Shown: in pieces, positions 1 to 11,231 of the stretch
Layout of the letters: every line of letters begins with the position of its first letter
How positions within the stretch are numbered: the first letter of the stretch is position 1
NCBI GenBank assembly: GCA_032718475.1
Contig: JAUCBJ010003662.1
Span: 1 to 64,000, forward strand
Source of the DNA: Nemertoderma westbladi
Lineage: Eukaryota; Animalia; Xenacoelomorpha
Reading direction: 5' to 3'
DNA length: 64,000 nucleotides
Notes under the pieces: generated by a model
The model's input: the letters and a program-made list of their open reading frames with translations, nothing else
Told to the model about the DNA's origin: nothing
The model's database searches: none
Program-made: the position numbers and the translations under genes

Positions 1-3000
1 TTACAGCGTTCACTTCGTTCCTATATTGTATATTACAGCGTTCACTTCGTTCCTATATTGTATGTTACAGCGTTCACTTCGTTCCTATATTGTATATTAC
101 AGCGTTCACTTCGTTCCTATATTGTATGTTACAGCATTCACTTCGTTCCTATATTGTATATTACAGCGTCACTTGTTCCTATATTGTATGTTACAGCGTT
201 CACTTGTTCCTATATTGTATGATTACAGCGTTCACTTCGTTCCTATATTGTATATTACAGCATTCACTTCGTTCCTATATTGTATATTACAGCGTTCACT
301 TCGTTCCTATATTGTATATTACAGCATTCACTTCGTTCCTATATTGTATATTACAGCGTTCACTTCGTTCCTATATTGTATGTTACAGCGTTCACTTCGT
401 TCCTATATTGTATGTTACAGCGTTCACTTCGTTCCTATATTGTATATTACAGCGTTCACTTCGTTCCTATATTGTATATTACAGCGTTCACTTCGTTCCT
501 ATATTGTATATTACAGCGCTCACTTCGTTCCTATATTGTATGTTACAGCGTTCACTTCGTTCCTATATTGTATGTTACAGCGTTCACTTCGTTCCTATAT
601 TGTATGTTACAGCATTCACTTCGTTCCTATATTGTATGTTACAGCGTTCACTTCGTTCCTATATTGTATATTACAGCGTTCACTTCGTTCCTATATTGTA
701 TATTACAGCGTTCACTTCGTTCCTATATTGTATATTACAGCGTTCACTTCGTTCCTATATTGTATGTTACAGCATTCACTTCGTTCCTATATTGTATATT
801 ACAGCGTTCACTTCGTTCCTATATTGTATATTACAGCATTCACTTCGTTCCTATATTGTATATTACAGCGTTCACTTCGTTCCTATATTGTATATTACAG
901 CATTCACTTCGTTCCTATATTGTATGTTACAGCGTTCACTTCGTTCCTATATTGTATGTTACAGCGTTCACTTCGTTCCTATATTGTATATTACAGCGTT
1001 CACTTCGTTCCTATATTGTATATTACAGCATTCACTTCGTTCCTATATTGTATATTACAGCGTTCACTTCGTTCCTATATTGTATGTTACAGCATTCACT
1101 TCGTTCCTATATTGTATATTACAGCATTCACTTCGTTCCTATATTGTATATTACAGCAGTTCACTTCGTTCCTATATTGTATATTACAGCGTTCACTTCG
1201 TTCCTATATTGTATATTACAGCATTCACTTCGTTCCTATATTGTATATTACAGCATTCACTTCGTTCCTATATTGTATGTTACAGCGTTCACTTCGTTCC
1301 TATATTGTATGTTACAGCGTTCACTTCGTTCCTATATTGTATATTACAGCGTTCACTTCGTTCCTATATTGTATATTACAGCGTTCACTTCGTTCCTATA
1401 TTGTATATTACAGCGTTCACTTCGTTCCTATATTGTATATTACAGCGTTCACTTCGTTCCTATATTGTATGTTACAGCGTTCACTTCGTTCCTATATTGT
1501 ATATTACAGCGTTCACTTCGTTCCTATATTGTATATTACAGCGTTCACTTCGTTCCTATATTGTATATTACAGCATTCACTTCGTTCCTATATTGTATAT
1601 TACAGCGCTCACTTTGTTCCTATATTGTATGTTACAGCGTTCACTTCGTTCCTATATTGTATATTACAGCGTTCACTTCGTTCCTATATTGTATATTACA
1701 GCGTTCACTTCGTTCCTATATTGTATGTTACAGCATTCACTTCATTCCTATATTGTATGTTACAGCATTCACTTCGTTCCTATATTGTATGTTACAGCGT
1801 TCACTTCGTTCCTATATTGTATATTACAGCGTTCACTTCGTTCCTATATTGTATATTACAGCATTCACTTCGTTCCTATATTGTATATTACAGCGTTCAC
1901 TTCGTTCCTATATTGTATGTTACAGCGTTCACTTCGTTCCTATATTGTATATTACAGCATTCACTTCGTTCCTATATTGTATATTACAGCGTTCACTTCG
2001 TTCCTATATTGTATATTACAGCATTCACTTCATTCCTATATTGTATGATTACAGCGTTCACTTCGTTCCTATATTGTATATTACAGCGTTCACTTCGTTC
2101 CTATATTGTATATTACAGCATTCACTTCATTCCTATATTGTATATTACAGCGTTCACTTCGTTCCTATATTGTATGTTACAGCGTTCACTTTGTTCCTAT
2201 ATTGTATATTACAGCATTCACTTCGTTCCTATATTGTATATTACAGCATTCACTTCATTCCTATATTGTATGTTACAGCGTTCACTTCGTTCCTATATTG
2301 TATGTTACAGCGTTCACTTCGTTCCTATATTGTATGTTACAGCATTCACTTCGTTCCTATATTGTATATTACAGCGCTCACTTCATTCCTATATTGTATG
2401 TTACAGCGTTCACTTCGTTCCTATATTGTATATTACAGCGTTCACTTCGTTCCTATATTGTATATTACAGCATTCACTTCGTTCCTATATTGTATATTAC
2501 AGCGCTCACTTCATTCCTATATTGTATGTTACAGCGTTCACTTCGTTCCTATATTGTATATTACAGCGTTCACTTCGTTCCTATATTGTATATTACAGCA
2601 TTCACTTCGTTCCTATATTGTATATTACAGCGCTCACTTTGTTCCTATATTGTATGTTACAGCGTTCACTTTGTTCCTATATTGTATATTACAGCGCTCA
2701 CTTCATTCCTATATTGTATGTTACAGCGTTCACTTCGTTCCTATATTGTATATTACAGCATTCACTTCGTTCCTATATTGTATACTACAGCTCTCACTTT
2801 GTTCCTATATTGTATGTTACAGCGTTCACTTCGTTCCTATATTGTATATTACAGCATTCACTTCGTTCCTATATTATATATTACAGCGTTCACTTCGTTC
2901 CTATATTGTATGTTACAGCGTTCACTTCGTTCCTATATTGTATGTTACAGCGTTCACTTCGTTCCTATATTATATATTACAGCGTTCACTTCGTTCCTAT

Positions 3001-6000
3001 ATTGTATGTTACAGCGTTCACTTCGTTCCTATATTGTATATTACAGCGCTCACTTTGTTCCTATATTGTATGTTACAGCGTTCACTTCGTTCCTATATTG
3101 TATGTTACAGCGTTCACTTCGTTCCTATATTGTATGTTACAGCATTCACTTCATTCCTATATTGTATGTTACAGCGTTCACTTCGTTCCTATATTGTATG
3201 TTACAGCATTCACTTCGTTCCTATATTGTATATTACAGCGTTCACTTCGTTCCTATATTGTATGTTACAGCGTTCACTTCGTTCCTATATTGTATATTAC
3301 AGCGTTCACTTCGTTCCTATATTGTATATTACAGCATTCACTTCGTTCCTATATTGTATGTTACAGCGTTCACTTCGTTCCTATATTGTATATTACAGCG
3401 TTCACTTCGTTCCTATATTGTATATTACAGCATTCACTTCGTTCCTATATTGTATATTACAGCGTTCACTTCGTTCCTATATTGTATGTTACAGCATTCA
3501 CTTCGTTCCTATATTGTATGTTACAGCGTTCACTTTGTTCCTATATTGTATATTACAGCATTCACTTCGTTCCTATATTGTATATTACAGCGTTCACTTC
3601 GTTCCTATATTGTATGTTACAGCATTCACTTCATTCCTATATTGTATGTTACAGCATTCACTTTGTTCCTATATTGTATGTTACAGCGTTCACTTCGTTC
3701 CTATATTGTATATTACAGCGTTCACTTCGTTCCTATATTGTATATTACAGCATTCACTTCGTTCCTATATTGTATATTACAGCGCTCACTTCGTTCCTAT
3801 ATTGTATGTTACAGCGTTCACTTTGTTCCTATATTGTATATTACAGCATTCACTTCGTTCCTATATTGTATATTACAGCATTCACTTCATTCCTATATTG
3901 TATGTTACAGCGTTCACTTCGTTCCTATATTGTATGTTACAGCGTTCACTTCGTTCCTATATTGTATGTTACAGCATTCACTTCGTTCCTATATTGTATA
4001 TTACAGCGCTCACTTCATTCCTATATTGTATGTTACAGCGTTCACTTCGTTCCTATATTGTATATTACAGCGTTCACTTCGTTCCTATATTGTATATTAC
4101 AGCATTCACTTCGTTCCTATATTGTATATTACAGCGCTCACTTCATTCCTATATTGTATGTTACAGCGTTCACTTCGTTCCTATATTGTATATTACAGCG
4201 TTCACTTCGTTCCTATATTGTATATTACAGCATTCACTTCGTTCCTATATTGTATATTACAGCGCTCACTTTGTTCCTATATTGTATGTTACAGCGTTCA
4301 CTTTGTTCCTATATTGTATATTACAGCGCTCACTTCATTCCTATATTGTATGTTACAGCGTTCACTTCGTTCCTATATTGTATATTACAGCATTCACTTC
4401 GTTCCTATATTGTATACTACAGCTCTCACTTTGTTCCTATATTGTATGTTACAGCGTTCACTTCGTTCCTATATTGTATATTACAGCATTCACTTCGTTC
4501 CTATATTATATATTACAGCGTTCACTTCGTTCCTATATTGTATGTTACAGCGTTCACTTCGTTCCTATATTGTATGTTACAGCGTTCACTTCGTTCCTAT
4601 ATTATATATTACAGCGTTCACTTCGTTCCTATATTGTATGTTACAGCGTTCACTTCGTTCCTATATTGTATATTACAGCGCTCACTTTGTTCCTATATTG
4701 TATGTTACAGCGTTCACTTCGTTCCTATATTGTATGTTACAGCGTTCACTTCGTTCCTATATTGTATGTTACAGCATTCACTTCATTCCTATATTGTATG
4801 TTACAGCATTCACTTCATTCCTATATTGTATGTTACAGCGTTCACTTCGTTCCTATATTGTATGTTACAGCGTTCAGTTCGTTCCTATGTTGTATGTTAC
4901 AGCGTTCACTTCGTTCCTATATTGTATATTACAGCATTCACTTCATTCCTATATTGTATGTTACAGCGTTCACTTCGTTCCTATATTGTATGTTACAGCG
5001 TTCACTTCGTTCCTATATTGTATATTACAGCGTTCACTTCGTTCCTATATTGTATGTTACAGCATTCACTTCGTTCCTATATTGTATATTACAGCGTTCA
5101 CTTCGTTCCTATATTGTATGTTACAGCGTTCACTTCGTTCCTATATTGTATATTACAGCATTCACTTCGTTCCTATATTGTATATTACAGCTCACTTCTT
5201 CCTATATTGTATTTACAGCTTCACTTGTTCCTATATTGTATATTACAGCATTCACTTCGTTCCTATATTGTATATTACAGCGTTCACTTCGTTCCTATTT
5301 TGTATGTTACAGCATTCACTTCATTCCTATATTGTATGTTACAGCATTCACTTTGTTCCTATATTATATGTTACAACGTTCACTTCGTTCCTATATTGTA
5401 TATTACAGCGTTCACTTCGTTCCTATATTGTATATTACAGCATTCACTTCGTTCCTATATTGTATATTACAGCGCTCACTTTGTTCCTATATTGTATGTT
5501 ACAGCGTTCACTTTGTTCCTATATTGTATATTACAGCATTCACTTCGTTCCTATATTGTATATTACAGCATTCACTTCATTCCTATATTGTATGTTACAG
5601 CGTTCACTTCGTTCCTATATTGTATGTTACAGCGTTCACTTCGTTCCTATATTGTATATTACAGCGTTCACTTCGTTCCTATATTGTATATTACAGCGTT
5701 CACTTCGTTCCTATATTGTATTTACAGCTTCACTTCTTCCTATATTGTATTTACAGCTTCACTTCGTTCCTATATTGTATGTTACAGCGTTCACTTCGTT
5801 CCTATATTATATATTACAGCGTTCACTTCGTTCCTATATTGTATGTTACAGCGTTCACTTCGTTCCTATATTGTATATTACAGCGCTCACTTTGTTCCTA
5901 TATTGTATGTTACAGCGTTCACTTCGTTCCTATATTGTATGTTACAGCGTTCACTTCGTTCCTATATTGTATGTTACAGCGTTCACTTCGTTCCTATATT

Positions 6001-8759
6001 GTATATTACAGCGCTCACTTTGTTCCTATATTGTATGTTACAGCGTTCACTTCGTTCCTATATTGTATGTTACAGCGTTCACTTCGTTCCTATATTGTAT
6101 GTTACAGCATTCACTTCATTCCTATATTGTATGTTACAGCATTCACTTCATTCCTATATTGTATGTTACAGCGTTCACTTCGTTCCTATATTGTATGTTA
6201 CAGCATTCACTTCGTTCCTATATTGTATATTACAGCGTTCACTTCGTTCCTATATTGTATGTTACAGCATTCACTTCGTTCCTATATTGTATATTACAGC
6301 GTTCACTTCGTTCCTATATTGTATGTTACAGCGTTCACTTCGTTCCTATATTGTATATTACAGCGCTCACTTCGTTCCTATATTGTATGTTACAGCATTC
6401 ACTTTGTTCCTATATTGTATATTACAGCATTCACTTCGTTCCTATATTGTATATTACAGTGCTCACTTCATTCCTATATTGTATGTTACAGCATTCACTT
6501 TGTTCCTATTTTGTATGTTACAGCATTCACTTCATTCCTATATTGTATGTTACAGCATTCACTTCGTTCCTATATTGTATATTACAGTGCTCACTTCATT
6601 CCTATATTGTATGTTACAGCATTCACTTTGTTCCTATTTTGTATGTTACAGCATTCACTTCATTCCTATATTGTATGTTACAGCATTCACTTCGTTCCTA
6701 TATTGTATATTACAGCGTTCACTTCGTTCCTATATTGTATGTTACAGCATTCACTTTGTTCCTATATTGTATATTACAGCATTCACTTCGTTCCTATATT
6801 GTATATTACAGTGCTCACTTCATTCCTATATTGTATGTTACAGCATTCACTTTGTTCCTATTTTGTATGTTACAGCATTCACTTCATTCCTATATTGTAT
6901 GTTACAGCATTCACTTTGTTCCTATATTATATGTTACAACGTTCACTTCGTTCCTATATTGTATATTACAGCGTTCACTTCGTTCCTATATTGTATATTA
7001 CAGCATTCACTTCGTTCCTATATTGTATATTACAGCGCTCACTTCATTCCTATATTGTATGTTACAGCATTCACTTTGTTCCTATTTTGTATGTTACAGC
7101 ATTCACTTCATTCCTATATTGTATGTTACAGCATTCACTTCATTCCTATATTGTATGTTACAGCATTCACTTTGTTCCTATATTATATGTTACAACGTTC
7201 ACTTCGTTCCTATATTGTATATTACAGCGTTCACTTCGTTCCTATATTGTATATTACAACGTTCACTTCGTTCCTATATTGTATATTACAGCGTTCACTT
7301 CGTTCCTATATTGTATATTACAGCGTTCACTTTGTTCCTATATTGTATGTTACAGCGTTCACTTCGTTCCTATATTGTATATTACAGCGTTCACTTCGTT
7401 CCTATATTGTATATTACAGCGTTCACTTCGTTCCTATATTGTATATTACAGCATTCACTTCGTTCCTATATTGTATATTACAACGCTCACTTTGTTCCTA
7501 TATTGTATGTTACAGCGTTCACTTTGTTCCTATATTGTATATTACAGCATTCACTTTGTTCCTATATTGTATATTACAGCGTTCACTTCGTTCCTATTTT
7601 GTATGTTACAGCATTCACTTCATTCCTATATTGTATGTTACAGCATTCACTTTGTTCCTATATTATATGTTACAACGTTCACTTCGTTCCTATATTGTAT
7701 ATTACAGCGTTCACTTCGTTCCTATATTGTATATTACAGCATTCACTTCGTTCCTATATTGTATATTACAGCGCTCACTTTGTTCCTATATTGTATGTTA
7801 CAGCGTTCACTTTGTTCCTATATTGTATATTACAGCATTCACTTCGTTCCTATATTGTATATTACAGCATTCACTTCATTCCTATATTGTATGTTACAGC
7901 GTTCACTTCATTCCTATATTGTATGTTACAGCATTCACTTCGTTCCTATATTGTATATTACAGCGTTCACTTTGTTCCTATATTGTATATTACAGCATTC
8001 ACTTCGTTCCTATATTGTATATTACAGCGCTCACTTTGTTCCTATATTGTATGTTACAGCGTTCACTTTGTTCCTATATTGTATGTTACAGCTTTCACTT
8101 CGTTCCTATATTGTATGTTACAGCGTTCACTTTGTTCCTATATTGTATGTTACAGCGTTCACTTCGTTCCTATATTGTATGTTACAGCATTCACTTCATT
8201 CCTATATTGCATGTTACAGCATTCACTTCGTTCCTATATTGCATGTTACAGCGTTCACTTCGTTCTTATATTGTATGTTACAGCGTTCACTTCGTTCCTA
8301 TATTGTATGTTACAGCGCTCACTTTGTTCCTATATTGTATGTTACAGCGCTCACTTTGTTCCTATATTGTATGTTACAGCGTTCACTTCGTTCCTATATT
8401 GTATATTACAGCATTCACTTTGTTCCTATATTGTATGTTACAGCGTTCACTTCGTTCCTATATTGTATGTTACAGCGTTCACTTCGTTCATATATTGTAT
8501 GTTACAGCATTCACTTCGTTCCTATATTGCATGTTACAGCGTTCACTTCGTTCTTATATTGTATGTTACAGCGTTCACTTCGTTCCTATATTGTATGTTA
8601 CAGCGCTCACTTTGTTCCTATATTGTATGTTACAGCATTCACTTCATTCCTATATTGTATGTTACAGCGTTCACTTCGTTCCTATATTGTATGTTACAGC
8701 GTTCAGTTCGTTCCTATGTTGTATGTTACAGCGTTCACTTCGTTCCTATATTGTATGTT
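1..8759. repeat. 32-bp tandem satellite, consensus TTACAGCRTTCACTTCGTTCCTATATTGTATR, ~273 copies, continues beyond the left edge
   Basis: Unit read directly with 32-bp period. Variants: GCGTT/GCATT/GCGCT, TTCGT/TTTGT/TTCAT, TATAT/TATGT. A few indel units (~170, ~1159, ~2048, 5190-5230, 5720-5760). Ends abruptly at ~8759. Confidence 0.98.
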
Positions 8760-8949
8760 TAAGATACACAACTAATTATTACTTTTTATTGTGGTTGGTA
8801 TTGCCAGTTCTCCAACCCGTTGCCACATAAGCTGAACTCGGTGCCACAGGATTGTTAATAGCAAATCAAAAAGATAAATAACATATAATTTATTATATTT
8901 TTGCTAAGATATAAAATTCAATAGTATTCACTGATATTCAGTGTTTTAC

Positions 8950-9216
8950 CTTTGTTCTAAATTTCTCGAGATATGTCGTATAAATATCTTCGTTCCTGTT
9001 GTATACCTCAACCGTCTCTACTGCGTAAATTCGGCCGAGATCGACATACCATATCGCCAAGGGCGAGGTATAATCCGATACCGGTATCGACTGGATACAG
9101 GAGCCATCCCGGTACACTGGCCCAGTATTACCATCGTTACCTAGATACGCATCCCGGGAATCCTCCAATAAAGATGAAGAACTCGATTTTCTTAACGCAA
9201 CATTATTTGATAAATC
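8950..9216 (-). CDS. Exon encoding most of an F-type lectin (fucolectin/FTP, discoidin-like F5/8C fold) domain; host gene probably decayed
   Basis: Acceptor tattttattacgtttag|GAT at 9216, donor AAG|gtaaaa at 8950; 267 nt, phase 0/0, open. Translation DLSNNVALRKSSSSSLLEDSRDAYLGNDGNTGPVYRDGSCIQSIPVSDYTSPLAIWYVDLGRIYAVETVEVYNRNEDIYTTYLEKFRTK shows the FTP hallmarks NVALxK, DGN..GSC and WxVDLGxxYxVxxVxxYNR. Confidence 0.82.
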
Positions 9217-9457
9217 CTAAACGTAATAAAATATCAGTTCAAAAATATATCTTATTCTTAAAACCCTTGGTGTACCAAAGATAATTTACATAAATTTTTA
9301 CGTCCAAAGACCAAGAAAAACACATTTGATCAGACCAAGTTTTATTTACTTGTCTTACCAGAGATTATATATAAAGTGGTTAACCATATTACGTCCTTGG
9401 TGGTCCTTAATTATTTACAATGAACAGGCAGCAGTGTGCCGCATTTTTTAACCCTAT

Positions 9458-11214
9458 TACATACAGGATAAAACTGAAGCAATTACAACTGCTTACATAC
9501 AGCAACAATCAAGACTTACCTGGCAAACTGTAAATGAGTTATCTGGTCGGAAAAGCTGTGCAAAGGGGCGCCTCAAAGCCGATAGTCCTGAAGAACGTGT
9601 TGGGAAGTGGAAAAATCACTTCAGCAACTTGCTTGGGCAGCCACCAAACATCGAGGTCAGCCCTACAAGGAAAATATATGACAAGACACTACCTATAGAA
9701 ACAGGGGACTTCACACCTGCCGAACTCCAAAGAAGCATTAAAAGCATGTCCAATAATAAAGCGAGTGGATTAGATGAAATCCCAGCGGAGGTATGGAAAA
9801 CCGGAGTGCTAAACAGACCATTATTGAATGTTTGCAACCGGATGTTAAAAGGGGAAAAGCCACCACCAATTTGGACTAAAGGTCAACTAAAGCCTCTCTC
9901 CAAGAAAGGAGACCTCGGCATACCAACAAACTATCGTGGGATCTGTCTGCTTGTGGTAGCTGCCAAAATATACAATAAAATGATTCTATATAGGATTAGG
10001 CCTCACATAGAGAAACTACTGCGTAAGAGCCAAAACGGATTTCGACCAAGTAGATCAACAATAGCTCAGATACTTGCACTACGGAGACTGATTGAAGGAA
10101 TTAAGTCAAAGAATCTCCCCGCTGTAATGACTTTTGTGGACTTCAAGAAGGCATTCGACTCCATCCATAGAGGTAAAATGCTTGAAATCCTAAGAGCTTA
10201 TGGAATACCAGAAGTAATTGTTGCTGGCATTGGATTGTTATATTGTGACACAGAAGCGCAGGTACTCTCACCAGATGGTGAAACTGAGTTTTTCTCAATC
10301 CTGGCTGGCGTACTGCAAGGTGACACATTAGCACCATTACTATTTGTAATTGTGCTGGATTAAGCAATGAGGACGGCCACAAAGGGTGAAGACCTGGGAT
10401 TCACACTTCAAGAACGCAGAAGTAGTGGATATCCGCCAACTACAGTCACAGACACCGACTTTGCGGATGACATCACCCTGCTCTCTAATACCCTAGCAGA
10501 TGCACAGCTTCTACTAAATAAAGTGGAGAGGGCTGCTAAGGAGGTTGGATTGCATATAAATGCTACAAAGACCGAATTCATGACCTTTAATGTTGATGGA
10601 AACTTGACAACCATTGATAATAATCAACTAAGGAAGGTCGATGACTTCCAGTACTTTGGTTCATGGATAGAAAGTAGCAAAAAGGACATAGAATTTAGGA
10701 AAGCAAAGGCTTGGGTAGCTCTATCAAAAATGGATACCATCTGGAAATCAGATCTCTCCAGGCACCTGAAGACTAAGTTCTTTCGAGCCACAGTGAAAAG
10801 TGTATTTTTATATGGGGGTGAGACCTGGACACTGACTAAATGACTTTAACAACGAATTGATGGTTGCTACACAAGACTACTAAGGGCAGCCCTAAACATC
10901 AGCTAGAGACAACACATGACAAACGCCGAGCTTTATGGTACAATACCACCTGTATCAACCACCCTCCGTGAACGCAGATTAAGATTCAGTGGGCACTGCT
11001 GGCGAAGTAAAGACGAGGTCATACCAGATCTACTTTTCTGGCAACCAACTCATGGAAAGCGTAGTCGTGGACGACCGGCCATAAAATATATAGATCAACT
11101 TGAAAGGGATACTGAACTTAGGAGAAACGAAATTGCGACAACTATGGAGAATCGGGAAGCCTGGAAGGATCTCATTTCCACTGTCCGAGTTCGCTCGACC
11201 TAGTAGTAGTAGTA
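9458..11214 (+). mobile_element. 5'-truncated RTE-clade non-LTR retrotransposon: reverse transcriptase and C-terminus, inactivated by nonsense codons, (TAG)n tail
   Basis: One frame from YIQDK (9458) with RT motifs KASGLDEIP, NYRGICLL, QNGFRPSRST, FVDFKKAFDSI, GVLQGDTLAP, DFADD, FQYFGS, and a C-terminus with IDGCYTRLLRAALNIS, RRLRFSGHCWR, RSRGRP. In-frame stops at 10361, 10841, 10847 and ~10904. The stop codon runs into tagtagtagtagta (11201-11214). Confidence 0.93.
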
Positions 11215-11231
11215 CCGGGCTATAAAAGTAC

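Noticed and set aside
5190-5760. Clusters of 1-2 bp deletion monomers in the 32-bp array
   Set aside because: May be local sequencing or consensus errors; cannot be told from real variants without reads.
26-8830. ORFs of 2934, 2831 and 2218 aa on the + strand
   Set aside because: All three frames are open because the 32-bp unit lacks + strand stops. The product is a frame-rotating hydrophobic repeat, not a credible protein.
9629-11203. Bacterial retron, group II intron, DGR or telomerase-like RT system generating the arrays
   Set aside because: The motifs, C-terminus, (TAG)n tail and neighbouring APE domain identify an RTE LINE with several stops. No satellite template sequence was seen in or beside it.
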